Assembly (NCBI GenBank): GCA_903825645.1
Contig: CAIKBL010000042.1
Span: forward strand, 117,289 to 181,288
DNA: 64,000 nucleotides
DNA from: an uncultured Pseudomonadota bacterium
GTDB taxonomy: Bacteria > Pseudomonadota > Gammaproteobacteria > Ga0077536
Direction of reading: 5' to 3'
The notes beneath the pieces were generated by a model. It searched no databases. It had not been told where the DNA came from and saw nothing but the letters and a program-made list of their open reading frames with translations. A program made the position numbers and the translations under genes. This document shows positions 28,747-38,549 of the stretch, one piece after another (positions within the stretch are counted from its first letter, which is position 1; every line of letters starts with the position of its first letter).

Positions 28747-29913
28747 TTAATAGCTTTTCGGTAACTCGAGTACCTTCTCAGCAATGAAACACTTGATGAG
28801 CTGCTCGGTCACCGGTGCGATGCGCATGATGGTGACTTCGCGGAGCAGCCGCTCGACGTGATATTCCTTCGCATAGCCAAAACCGCCATGGGTCAGGACC
28901 GCTTGCAGACACGCCTCATGACCGGCTTTCGCACCCAGGTATTTGGCGGCGTTGGCCTCTGCACCACAAGGGCGCTCATTGTCGTACAACCAGGCCGCCT
29001 TCATGACCATGGTGTAGGCCGCCTCGAGATCCATCCAGTTCTCGGCCAACGGGTGTTGAATGCCCTGATTCATGCCGATCGGGCGGCCGAAAACGACGCG
29101 CTCGCGCGCATAGCGCGTCGCGCGACGAAGCGCGTCCTGCCCAATGCCGATGGCTTCTACCGCGACGAGGATGCGCTCGGGATTCAGGCTGTGCAGGATG
29201 TAAGAAAAACCTTTGCCCTCTTCGCCGATACGATCGCTTTCAGGGATGAACAAGTTGTCGATGAAAACCGTGTTCGAATCGACTGCCTTGCGGCCCATCT
29301 TCGGAATGCGTTTCACGTCGATTTTGGTGCGATCGAGATCGGTATAGAAAATCGTGATCCCGTCGGTCGGGCGCTTGCAATCCTCCAGACGGGTAGTCCG
29401 GGTCAGCAGCATGATTTTGTTGGCCACCTGCGCGGTGGAGGTCCACACTTTCTGGCCATTGACCCGATACCCCCCCTCAACCTTCTGGGCGAAGGTCTTG
29501 ATGTGGGTCGTGTTGAGCCCGGCGTCAGGCTCCGTGAAGCCAAAGCAGCACTGATCGGTGCCGGCAACCAGGCGCGGCAACCAGCACGACTTCTGCGCTT
29601 CCGTGCCGAACAGTACGATCGGATGCGGCCCGAACAGGTTCACGTGGACAGACGACGCGGCCGCCATCCCGCCCCCGTGACTCGCCACCTCGTGCATCAT
29701 GATCGCCGCCTCTGTCACGCCAAGTCCCGAGCCGCCATAAGCTTCCGGCAGGGTGATCCCGAGCCAGCCCGCGTCCGCCATCGCCCGATGGAATTCCCGG
29801 GGGAAAACTCCATCCTCATCACGCTCGAGCCAGTAATCCGGCTCGAAACGTTTGGCCACGGTGGCAACGGCGTCGCGGATCGCGCGATGTTCTGGCGAGA
29901 TATCGAAATTCAT
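28747..29913 (-). CDS. acyl-CoA dehydrogenase
   Basis: FTEPDAG, NGQKVWTS, LNPERI, VFGRPIGMNQGIQHPLA, HGGFGYAKEYHVER. Confidence 0.93.
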   Translation of the reverse strand: MNFDISPEHRAIRDAVATVAKRFEPDYWLERDEDGVFPREFHRAMADAGWLGITLPEAYGGSGLGVTEAAIMMHEVASHGGGMAAASSVHVNLFGPHPIVLFGTEAQKSCWLPRLVAGTDQCCFGFTEPDAGLNTTHIKTFAQKVEGGYRVNGQKVWTSTAQVANKIMLLTRTTRLEDCKRPTDGITIFYTDLDRTKIDVKRIPKMGRKAVDSNTVFIDNLFIPESDRIGEEGKGFSYILHSLNPERILVAVEAIGIGQDALRRATRYARERVVFGRPIGMNQGIQHPLAENWMDLEAAYTMVMKAAWLYDNERPCGAEANAAKYLGAKAGHEACLQAVLTHGGFGYAKEYHVERLLREVTIMRIAPVTEQLIKCFIAEKVLELPKSY

Positions 29914-30058
29914 GGAATGACTCCTTATGGCATCAACGGGCTTGTGTCATCGCCGCATTATGCCTCGCAACGGCAAGATTGCACGTGAGGCGCGCCCCTC
30001 AGCGCTGCCGGGATGAGCCGGGACGCGAGGAACCGTGGCGCGTCGGGTGCCGCGAAGG

Positions 30059-30081
30059 ACGGGGCGCACCGGGCGCCCCGT
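30059..30081 (-). terminator. GC-rich hairpin downstream of ahcY
   Basis: ACGGGGCGC-N5-GCGCCCCGT, 10 nt past the ahcY stop; U-tract weak on the minus strand. Confidence 0.4.
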
Positions 30082-30091
30082 TTTCGTTCAC

Positions 30092-31534
30092 TTAGTAGCG
30101 GTAGGTGTCGGGCTTATACGGGCCCGTTTTGTTGACCCGGATGTAGGCCGCCTGCTCGTCCGTCAGTTCACTCAGCATGGCGCCGACCTTCTGCAAGTGC
30201 AGACGGGCGACTTTCTCATCCAAGTGCTTCGGCAACACATACACCTGACCCGAGGCGTAGGATTCCGGCCGGGTATAAAGTTCGATCTGCGCAATCGTCT
30301 GATTCGCAAAACTCGAAGACATCACGAAACTCGGATGACCGGTCGCGCAGCCGAGATTCACCAACCGGCCCTTGGCCAGCAGGATGATCTTCTTCGCCGG
30401 CATCCCGTCCATGGCCGGGAAGCGGATGTGATCGACCTGCGGCTTGATCTCGTCCCATTCGTATTTCTCGATTGAGGCGATATCAATCTCGTTGTCGAAA
30501 TGACCGATGTTGCAGACGATCGCCTCATCCTTCATCGCCACCATGTGCGTGTGCGTAATGACCCGCTTGTTGCCCGTCGCCGTGACGAAAATATCCGCCT
30601 TGTCGGCGGCATATTCCATCGTCACCACCTTGTAGCCTTCCATCGCGGCCTGCAGGGCATTGATGGGATCAATCTCGGTCACCCACACCTGCGCACTCAG
30701 GGCGCGCAGTGCTTGGGCAGAGCCCTTGCCCACGTCTCCGTAGCCGGCGACCACCGCGACCTTGCCGGCGATCATCACATCGGTCGCCCGCTTGATGGAA
30801 TCGACGAGTGATTCGCGGCAGCCGTAGAGGTTGTCAAACTTGCTCTTGGTAACGCTGTCATTGACGTTAATGGCGCGGAACAACAGTGTGCCCGCCGCGC
30901 TCATTTCCTTCAGGCGATGGACCCCGGTCGTGGTCTCTTCGGTCACGCCGATGATCGCGGCGGCCTTGCGCGAATACCAGGTCGGATCCACCGCAAGTTT
31001 GGCTTTGATGGCGGCAAACAGACAGGTTTCTTCCTCGCTGGTCGGATTTTCAAGCACCGACGGATCCCCTTCGGCCTTCTTGCCAAGATGCATCAATAGA
31101 GTTGCATCCCCGCCATCATCCAGAATCATGTTCGGCCCTTCCGTCGCCGTCCCCTTGGCGCCGAAGTCAAAAATGCGATGGGTGTACTCCCAATAATCGG
31201 TCAGCGTCTCGCCTTTGTAGGCGAAAATCGGGGTGCCTTCGGCCACCAGTGCGGCGGCCGCATGGTCCTGGGTCGAGAAAATATTGCAGGAGGCCCAGCG
31301 CACCGAAGCGCCGAGTGCTTCCAGAGTCTCAATGAGTACCGCCGTCTGGATGGTCATGTGAATACTGCCGGCGATGCGCGCGCCTTTCAGCGGCTGGGTG
31401 GCGGCGAATTCATGGCGAATGGCCATCAGCCCCGGCATCTCGGTCTCAGCGATTTTGATTTCTTTTCGACCCCATACGGCGAGCGCGAGATCGGCCACTG
31501 CGTGATCGGGTTGCGTTTTCAGATTAGCGTTCAT
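30092..31534 (-). CDS. ahcY: adenosylhomocysteinase
   Basis: [66 protein letters not shown]; real ATG at 31534. Confidence 0.98.
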   Translation of the reverse strand: MNANLKTQPDHAVADLALAVWGRKEIKIAETEMPGLMAIRHEFAATQPLKGARIAGSIHMTIQTAVLIETLEALGASVRWASCNIFSTQDHAAAALVAEGTPIFAYKGETLTDYWEYTHRIFDFGAKGTATEGPNMILDDGGDATLLMHLGKKAEGDPSVLENPTSEEETCLFAAIKAKLAVDPTWYSRKAAAIIGVTEETTTGVHRLKEMSAAGTLLFRAINVNDSVTKSKFDNLYGCRESLVDSIKRATDVMIAGKVAVVAGYGDVGKGSAQALRALSAQVWVTEIDPINALQAAMEGYKVVTMEYAADKADIFVTATGNKRVITHTHMVAMKDEAIVCNIGHFDNEIDIASIEKYEWDEIKPQVDHIRFPAMDGMPAKKIILLAKGRLVNLGCATGHPSFVMSSSFANQTIAQIELYTRPESYASGQVYVLPKHLDEKVARLHLQKVGAMLSELTDEQAAYIRVNKTGPYKPDTYRY

Positions 31535-31624
31535 GTCAGGCTCCAGTGTTGAACGGAAACCCGCACGGCCGGCAGAGGAGTCGACAAAAAAATCACAGGA
31601 CTCACCCACGAGGACTCGTACGGG

Positions 31625-31687
31625 TGAGCGCGGTTGCTGCAGATCTCCGAGCCTAGGGCACTGGCGTGCCTTGCAACGCTCCTCGGA
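31625..31687 (-). ncRNA. SAH riboswitch
   Basis: Minus strand reads TCCGAGGAGCGTTGCAAGGCAC...GTGCCCTAGGCTCGGA...CAACCGCGCTCA, matching the SAH aptamer consensus; lies directly upstream of ahcY. Confidence 0.9.
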
Positions 31688-31696
31688 GGTGGCGCG

Positions 31697-31726
31697 ATTG
31701 TAAGCGGAGCAGCCCGCGGCTGCCAA
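31697..31726 (-). promoter_or_regulatory. sigma70-like promoter for the SAH riboswitch and ahcY
   Basis: TTGGCA-N18-TACAAT, with the -10 box ending 9 nt before the aptamer. Confidence 0.6.
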
Positions 31727-31852
31727 GTGGATCGCGGGGCACCTGCGCACCACCGATATGCACGAGCGCGCACTCGATGTCACCGCAAGAAACCGCAGAC
31801 GCGCCGGGTCCGGCTAGCGTGGGGGACTTGTTTCGTCTGACCGGAGGATCCC

Positions 31853-32567
31853 CTGGACACTCACCTCATCCCGCAAATCGAGACCTATGATTGGGCCGCG
31901 TGCGTCGAGACACTCGAGGCCCGAGGTTCCGCGCTGCTGCCGGGGCTACTTGACCCGCTGACGTGCACCATACTGGCCGGGCGTTATGCCGAGGATCCGT
32001 TGTTCCGCAGCCGCGTCATCAGGGCCCGCCATGGCTACGGACGGGGCGAGTACCGTTATTTCGGCTACCCGCTGCCGTCGCCGGTCGCGACGCTCCGCAG
32101 CGCGCTGTATCCACACCTCGTGGCGATCGCAAACCGCTGGCAGGTCGCGCTCGGTCGCGAACCGGCATTTCCGCCCACACACGCCGCGTTCATCGAACGC
32201 TGCCACGCCGCCGGGCAACAGCGCCCGACACCCTTACTGCTGCAATACGGGTCCGAGGACTACAATTGCCTGCACCAAGATCTCTACGGCGCGCAGGTTT
32301 TTCCCCTGCAAGTGGCTATTCTGCTCTCCACGCCTGGCGCGGACTTCGCCGGCGGCGAATTCGTGCTGACCGAGCAGCGTCCGCGCCAGCAATCACGGGT
32401 GGAAGTCGTGTGGCTCAACCAGGGCGATGCCGTTGTGTTCGCCGTCCATGAGCGGCCCGTACAGGGCAGCCGTGGCACCTATCGGGTCAATATGCGACAT
32501 GGCGTAAGCCGCATTCAGCGGCGGACAACGCCACACCCTCGGCGTCATTTTCCACGACGCCACTTGA
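31853..32567 (+). pseudogene. 2OG-Fe(II) oxygenase (DUF2086 family), frameshifted
   Basis: FRSRVIRARHGYGRGEYRYF, DYNCLHQDLYG, GGEFVLTEQRPR, RHGVS; the conserved tail GQRHTLGVIFHDAT* sits in the +1 frame from 32523; CTG start after GGAGG. Confidence 0.75.
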
Positions 32568-32575
32568 CGCGGCCC

Positions 32576-34369
32576 TCAGTCGTGCGTGCGCGCGAACACG
32601 GCGAGGAACGCCTCCCCATAACGCTCGAATTTGGTCTGGCCAACCCCACTGACCTGCAGCATATCCAGTGCGCTCACCGGGCGCAGTACCGCCATTTCGA
32701 GCAGCGTCCGGTCATGGAAAATGACGTAGGGCGGGACCCCCTGTGCATCCGCCAGCCGTTTGCGACAGGCGCGGAGCCGCTCCCACAGCGCTACATCGGC
32801 ATCGGCCACGACATCGTTGCGGCGTTTCCGCGGCGGGCGGGCTTCGACAATGTCTTCCCGCAGCATCACGGCTTCCTCGCCACGCAGAATGGGTCGAGCA
32901 TCCTGCGCAAGGCGTAACGCGCCAAAACGCTCCACGTCGGCGAAAACGGCCCCGCGCACCATCAGTTGCCGCAACACCGAGCGCCAGTGATCGGCCGAAT
33001 CCTGCGCCCCTATCCCAAAGGTACTCAAGGTTTCGTGCCCGTGCTGGCGGGTTTTGTCGCTCCCAATCCCCCGCAAGACATCAATCACATGCGCGGCGCC
33101 AAAACGCTGGCCGGTGCGGTAGATGCAGGACAACAGCTTTTGCGCCGCCTCACTCGCATCCCACGTTTTCGGCGGTTCCAGACAGTTGTCGCAGTTCCCG
33201 CAAACCAGCGCGGGCGTCTCCCCGAAATAGGCCAACAGCGGTCGGCGCCGGCATTCGCTCGTCTCGCACCAGGCGAGCAAGGCATCGAGTTTGTGTCGCT
33301 CGATGCGTTTGTGCTCTTCGTCCGCCGCCGATTCGTCCACCATCTGCCGCAAGCGGACAACGTCCTGCAGCCCGTAGATCATCCAGGCATCCGCCGGCGC
33401 GCCATCCCGCCCGGCACGCCCCGTCTCCTGATAGTAGGCTTCCACACTTTTCGGCAAATCGAGATGGGCGACAAAACGCACGTCGGGTTTATCGATCCCC
33501 ATGCCGAAGGCGATGGTCGCGACCATGATGACGGCGTCCTCCCGGAGGAAGCGCTCCTGATGCCGCGCGCGCGTACGCGCGTCGAGGCCGGCGTGGTAGG
33601 GCAAGGCCGCGTAGCCTTCACCGGCGAGCCAGGCGGCCGTCTCATCGACTTTCCGGCGCGACATACAATAAACAATGCCCGCCGCCCCGGTCTGGGTGCC
33701 CAGAAACTGCGTGAGCTGGTGGCGCGCCTGCCCACGGGCGCGGACCGTGTAGCGGATGTTGGGACGGTCGAAACCGTCGACAAAACACGCCGGATCATCC
33801 AGCGCCAGTCGAGCCGCAATATCCACGCGCGTGCGGGCATCAGCGGTCGCTGTGAGGGCCATACGGGGGACACCCGGGAAATGGCTGCGCAATTGTCCGA
33901 GTTCGAGATAGTCCTGCCGAAAATCGTGCCCCCATTGCGACACGCAGTGGGCTTCGTCGACGGCGATGAGGATGGGCTGGGCCCGTACCAGCTCGGCAAG
34001 CGTCTTGGCCTGCAGAATGCGCTCGGGAGCGACGTAAAGCACGCGTAGGCTACCGGCCGCGAGTTGTGACCGCACAGCCGCCTGCTCGGCGCCACTCAGG
34101 CTCGAATTGAGACAGGCGGCCGCGACGCCCAGCTCCCGCAGCGCCATGACCTGGTCGTGCATCAACGCAATGAGCGGCGAGATGACGATGACCAGCCGTT
34201 GCGCCACCAGCGCCGGGATTTGGTAGCACAGGGACTTGCCCCCCCCTGTCGGCATCAGCACCACGCTGTCCCGACCGGCCATGGCTGTCGCAATCGCCGC
34301 TGCCTGCTGGCCGCGGAAGGCATCGTAACCATAGACCTGTTTGAGCACGGCGAGGGTGGGTGTGGACAT
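32576..34369 (-). CDS. recQ: ATP-dependent DNA helicase RecQ
   Basis: [53 protein letters not shown], Zn-binding CGNCDNC, HRDC domain. Confidence 0.97.
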   Translation of the reverse strand: MSTPTLAVLKQVYGYDAFRGQQAAAIATAMAGRDSVVLMPTGGGKSLCYQIPALVAQRLVIVISPLIALMHDQVMALRELGVAAACLNSSLSGAEQAAVRSQLAAGSLRVLYVAPERILQAKTLAELVRAQPILIAVDEAHCVSQWGHDFRQDYLELGQLRSHFPGVPRMALTATADARTRVDIAARLALDDPACFVDGFDRPNIRYTVRARGQARHQLTQFLGTQTGAAGIVYCMSRRKVDETAAWLAGEGYAALPYHAGLDARTRARHQERFLREDAVIMVATIAFGMGIDKPDVRFVAHLDLPKSVEAYYQETGRAGRDGAPADAWMIYGLQDVVRLRQMVDESAADEEHKRIERHKLDALLAWCETSECRRRPLLAYFGETPALVCGNCDNCLEPPKTWDASEAAQKLLSCIYRTGQRFGAAHVIDVLRGIGSDKTRQHGHETLSTFGIGAQDSADHWRSVLRQLMVRGAVFADVERFGALRLAQDARPILRGEEAVMLREDIVEARPPRKRRNDVVADADVALWERLRACRKRLADAQGVPPYVIFHDRTLLEMAVLRPVSALDMLQVSGVGQTKFERYGEAFLAVFARTHD

Positions 34370-34582
34370 GGATCCTGATTGGCGGCGGACGGCATCCGCG
34401 GGACGCGACATTATAGCCGTTCGCGTGACCCAACCGCGCAACACATCCGACAGCGGCTTCCCGGACCGGTGAGGGATGGTTATTCTTGTCGGCACCGCCA
34501 GGCGCCCTGTCGCCTAGGCACCCCACGGCGACGCCCGTCGCCCGCAACGCCCGCCAACCCCTAACCCATAAGGATCACTTCG

Positions 34583-35254
34583 ATGGGACAACGACAACTG
34601 ACCGCGTCCGATGGTTTCACCTTCGGCGCCTATGAAGCGCTACCAGCCGGCAAACCCAAAGGGGCCGTGCTCGTGATTCAGGAAATCTTCGGCGTCAATG
34701 CACACGTCCGGGCCGTTGCCGACGGCTATGCGCAAGCCGGTTACGTCGCCCTCGCGCCGCAGATCTTCGATCGCGCAGAGGCGAATGTCGAACTCGGTTA
34801 CACCGATCAGGACGAGTTCCAGAAAGGGATCAAACTGGCCTTCCAAGATCTCAAAATGCCACAGACCCTGCTGGATCTGCAGGCCGGCATTGATGCCCTG
34901 GCCGGATACGGCAAGGTGGGCGTCGTCGGCTATTGTTTCGGCGGGCTGCTGACTTGGCTGTCGGCCTGTGAGTTAAAAGGCGTCGTGGCCGCGTCGGCCT
35001 ATTACGGCGGCGGCATAGCCAAGGAAGCCACCCGCGCCCCGAAATGTCCGGTCATGATGCACTTCGGCGAGCGCGACGCCCACATCCCGCTGACAGACGT
35101 CGAGACGATCCGCGCGGCCCAGCCGGGGGTTCAGATTTTCGTTTATGCCGCCGACCATGGGTTCAATTGTGATGCCCGTGGCAGCTATGACGCCCCAAGT
35201 GCCAAGCTGGCCCTTGAACGCACCCTGGCGTTCTTCGGTCAGCACCTCGGCTAG
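34583..35254 (+). CDS. dienelactone hydrolase family protein
   Basis: VIQEIFGVN, GYCFGG nucleophile, HFGERD, ADHGFNC. Confidence 0.93.
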   Translation: MGQRQLTASDGFTFGAYEALPAGKPKGAVLVIQEIFGVNAHVRAVADGYAQAGYVALAPQIFDRAEANVELGYTDQDEFQKGIKLAFQDLKMPQTLLDLQAGIDALAGYGKVGVVGYCFGGLLTWLSACELKGVVAASAYYGGGIAKEATRAPKCPVMMHFGERDAHIPLTDVETIRAAQPGVQIFVYAADHGFNCDARGSYDAPSAKLALERTLAFFGQHLG

Positions 35255-35264
35255 GCGCACGTGT

Positions 35265-35292
35265 GCGAAGGCGGACTGACGCCCGCCTTCGC
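35265..35292. terminator. hairpin between convergent genes
   Basis: GCGAAGGCGG-N8-CCGCCTTCGC. Confidence 0.45.
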
Positions 35293-35296
35293 CCCG

Positions 35297-36016
35297 TTAG
35301 TCTCGACCGGCCTCGAGGATAGCCTGCGCCAAGCGGGTCGGATTGGTGAAACACAACTCATGGCTGCCGGGCGTCTGGACGAGTCGGAACAAGCCGAGCT
35401 TTTGCGATAACCGCGGATGCCACGGGAATGCATGTGGCATCGAGGTATCTTCGGTCGCGTTGATATAGGACTTCCCGCACGTAAAATCCGCGGGACTCCG
35501 GGTCAGCTGGATGGCATCCGTAAAGGTCTTCCAGGGGTGCCGGTTCAGTTGCGCATGGGCGGCTTGGGCCTGTTCGAGCGAGGCGTCGTTCATGAAAGCC
35601 TCACGCCACACCGGGAACGGAATCATCATCCCGCCGTCCGGCGCGACCAGAGACTGGAACATCTGCACGTAATGCGGAGGCACTAAATCGTTCAGGGATT
35701 CCCCGTGGTGGGGTACAAACGCATTCCAGTAGACCAGTCGGCGAATGCGCGCAGGCACCCGATCGGCTACCCCGGTAATCACCATTCCCGCGTAGCTGTG
35801 TCCGACCAAGACAATATCCTGCAAATCATCCGCTTCCAAAATCTGGACCAGCGAGTCAATGGCGGCTGACAACCCCACTGTGCGGGAATCGCCCGGCCGA
35901 TTCCCCGCGAGCGTCGGCAAGTGAACCGTATGGCCGGCCACACGCAGTGGCGCGGCCGTCGCCTCGAGCTGCGCGCCGGTATGCCAGGCTCCGTGCACGA
36001 ACACAAAGGTACTCAT
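35297..36016 (-). CDS. alpha/beta hydrolase (esterase-like)
   Basis: FVFVHGAWH, LVGHSYAG nucleophile elbow, GSHE catalytic His. Confidence 0.9.
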   Translation of the reverse strand: MSTFVFVHGAWHTGAQLEATAAPLRVAGHTVHLPTLAGNRPGDSRTVGLSAAIDSLVQILEADDLQDIVLVGHSYAGMVITGVADRVPARIRRLVYWNAFVPHHGESLNDLVPPHYVQMFQSLVAPDGGMMIPFPVWREAFMNDASLEQAQAAHAQLNRHPWKTFTDAIQLTRSPADFTCGKSYINATEDTSMPHAFPWHPRLSQKLGLFRLVQTPGSHELCFTNPTRLAQAILEAGRD

Positions 36017-36171
36017 CTAATTCTCCTCTTCAGCGGCGGCCCTCAGGGGGCGCTTTGCGGGAGCGGATTATAGGCATAACCGAGCACCAAGTCCTTTTGT
36101 GCTAAGGTCTCGCGCGCGGCACGGGCACACCTGCGCCGTCTCCACTCTTACCCCCCAACGGGAGAACGACT

Positions 36172-37179
36172 ATGACTGACATGAATCGAGTATGGCGCCT
36201 GCGTAAGCGACCGGTTGGCGTCATTGGTGACGATATCTTGAGCTTCGATAAAGAAGCGATGCCGGTGCCGGCAGACGGCCAATTTCTGTTTCGCCTCAAC
36301 TATCTCTCTCTCGATCCGACCAATCGGGTCTGGATGAGCGATATGGATCAGTACATGCCTCCGGTTGCCATCGGGGAAGCCATGCGTGGCGTGGTGTGTG
36401 GGACCGTCGTCAGCTCAAAACATCCCGACTTTGCGGCTGGGGATGTCGTCAGCGGGCTGGGCAGCTGGTCCGAATATCAACTGGGCAGCCCGCCCTTTTT
36501 GAATAAGCTGGGTCCGCTCGGCGGTGCTGCCGTGGCGGATGCGTTTGGTTTGTTTGCGGTGGTCGGTCCGACCGCATATTTCGGGCTTATCGATCTCGGG
36601 CAACCTAAAGCCGGCGAAACCGTCGTGGTCTCTGCCGCGGCGGGCGCGGTGGGCTCCATCGTCGGCCAAATCGCGAAGCTCAAGGGCTGCCGTGCGGTGG
36701 GTCTGGCCGGCAGTGCCGAAAAATGTGCCTGGCTCGTCAATGATCTCGGGTTCGATGCGGCCATCAACTATAAGACGGAAGACGTCAGCGCCGCGCTCAA
36801 GCGCGCCTGCCCCAAAGGCATCGATATCTATTTTGACAATGTCGGCGGTGACATCCTCGACGCGTGCCTGAAGCAGATGAATTACAAAGGACGGATCCCA
36901 ACCTGTGGGCTCATCTCGCAGTACAACGCGACCGACGAGGTCCCAGGTCCTAAAAACTACCCGATGATCCTCATGCAACGCCTGAAGGTGGAAGGATTCA
37001 TCGTGCTCGACTACGCGAACCGGTACCCGGAAGCGGTGGGGGCCCTGGGGGAATGGCTGGCGAAAGGCCAGATCAAATTCCGATTGGATATGCAGGAAGG
37101 CCTCGAGAACGCCGTGACGACGCTGCGCAAGCTCTACACGGGCGAGAATCAGGGCAAGCTGATGTTGCATGTGAGCTAG
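36172..37179 (+). CDS. NADP-dependent oxidoreductase (CurA/PTGR, MDR family)
   Basis: YLSLDPTNRVW, TAYFGL, SAAAGAVGS, GIDIYFDNVGG, GENQGKL. Confidence 0.93.
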   Translation: MTDMNRVWRLRKRPVGVIGDDILSFDKEAMPVPADGQFLFRLNYLSLDPTNRVWMSDMDQYMPPVAIGEAMRGVVCGTVVSSKHPDFAAGDVVSGLGSWSEYQLGSPPFLNKLGPLGGAAVADAFGLFAVVGPTAYFGLIDLGQPKAGETVVVSAAAGAVGSIVGQIAKLKGCRAVGLAGSAEKCAWLVNDLGFDAAINYKTEDVSAALKRACPKGIDIYFDNVGGDILDACLKQMNYKGRIPTCGLISQYNATDEVPGPKNYPMILMQRLKVEGFIVLDYANRYPEAVGALGEWLAKGQIKFRLDMQEGLENAVTTLRKLYTGENQGKLMLHVS

Positions 37180-37194
37180 CCTAAACAGGCTCTT

Positions 37195-37234
37195 CGGGGG
37201 CTTCCTTTGGGTATCCACGCGAAGGAAGCCCCCG
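37195..37234 (+). terminator. 13-bp stem-loop after the oxidoreductase
   Basis: CGGGGGCTTCCTT ... AAGGAAGCCCCCG. Confidence 0.45.
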
Positions 37235-37325
37235 GATCTGGCGACTATGGCGTGACCGGCACGAGCGCCGCAAAACGCGGTAGCTGTCGAGCGCACGATA
37301 AAGATGAGCTAATGGTGCTTGCTAC

Positions 37326-37679
37326 ATGTTTTACCGATTTTTGATCGTGGGCTCCACCGGTTTTTTGATCGACTCAAGTGTCACCCTGCTGTTGATTTCT
37401 TTCGGGTGCAAGCCGCTTATCGCCCGAGTTCCTGCCCTTGCCTTATCGATGGCGATGACGTGGCTCATGAATCGTTTCTACACCTTCAAAGTCGGCGCAT
37501 ACAGGACTGGGGAGGTGACCAAATATGTGTTGGTGAGTATTTCCATTGCCTGCCTTAACTACGTGCTCTACGCGATGTTGGTCGCGCGCGGGGTAGCACC
37601 CTTTTTTGCCGTGGCCTTGGCCACCGCCACCCAAGCCGGCATTGCATTCGTAGCCTACCGCAACATCGTATTCAAATAA
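37326..37679 (+). CDS. GtrA family membrane protein
   Basis: RFLIVGSTGFLID, TWLMNRFYTF, four hydrophobic segments, C-terminal VFK. Confidence 0.85.
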   Translation: MFYRFLIVGSTGFLIDSSVTLLLISFGCKPLIARVPALALSMAMTWLMNRFYTFKVGAYRTGEVTKYVLVSISIACLNYVLYAMLVARGVAPFFAVALATATQAGIAFVAYRNIVFK

Positions 37680-37873
37680 GTCAGATGAGTGCGGTAATCG
37701 TCTCAATATTTTTCGCAAACAAAGGGACTGTCTTCGTCGTTGCCTTATTTATAGGCATCGATCCTTGGTTCGCGACACGCCAGCAGCACTCTTTAAAAAA
37801 GTTCACCTAGTTCGCTTGATCAAACACTTCGCGATCTGCGGAACCCCGTGTGCGGTGCCTTCCGCTATCGCAC

Positions 37874-37897
37874 AAAAAAGCCGCCCGAAGGCGGCTT
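37874..37897 (-). terminator. rho-independent terminator of the RRM gene
   Basis: Minus strand AAGCCGCC-TTCG-GGCGGC followed by T6. Confidence 0.85.
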
Positions 37898-37955
37898 AAT
37901 TGATGATTCGTCTTGCGACGAATCACATATCGAGCGCGAACGCTCGATACAATCC

Positions 37956-38231
37956 TCAGTAAGAGTTGCGGCGCGGTGCGCTGTTCGTCTCGCGGGGACG
38001 TGCTTCGTTCACGCGCATATTGCGCCCCTTCAAAGGCTGCTCGTTCAGCGCCTTGATGGCCGCTTCGCCCTGCTGCTTGTTCGGCATTTCGACAAAGCCG
38101 AAGCCTTTCGACTCACCCGAAATCTTGTCCATGATGATCGTCGCGCTGCTGACTTCGCCGGAGGCCGCAAAGGCATCACGCAAATCACCATCAGTCACGC
38201 CGTAGGCCAGATTTCCAACATATATATTCAT
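37956..38231 (-). CDS. RRM-domain RNA-binding protein
   Basis: RNP2 IYVGNL, RNP1 KGFGFVEM, GRNMRVNEARP. Confidence 0.95.
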   Translation of the reverse strand: MNIYVGNLAYGVTDGDLRDAFAASGEVSSATIIMDKISGESKGFGFVEMPNKQQGEAAIKALNEQPLKGRNMRVNEARPRETNSAPRRNSY

Positions 38232-38549
38232 TCATATCTCGCAAATTAAAACGTGCGTTGTCCACAATCGCGATCCCGGCAGCCAGCGTCACAAGTAATG
38301 CAGGAATCGATTTGCCGGAAGCCGGCGAATGCTTTGAGGGCCCAGTCAGAGTTGTCGTGAAAATTTGGAAATGGGGCGGCTCGGTGAAGGGTTTGACGGT
38401 GCGGGACCTGAACGTACGCACCTGTTGAATGTCAAGGAGCATACGCGCCATCGCCGGCAAAAGATAGGACTTTTTGCAACACCGCACTTTGGCGACATCC
38501 ACGGGGCTCGCTTATAGTGCAGATAGGTTTCTCAGCAGGGAGCAATCTC

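Noticed and set aside
31535-31783. N-terminal extension of ahcY in the ORF track
   Set aside because: The region contains the promoter and SAH riboswitch; family similarity starts at ATG 31534.
32568-32917. C-terminal extension of the 305-aa 2OG oxygenase ORF
   Set aside because: It results from the frameshift and overlaps recQ on the opposite strand.
37300-38500. Prophage remnant suggested by gtrA
   Set aside because: No integrase, tRNA/att site or other phage gene is visible.
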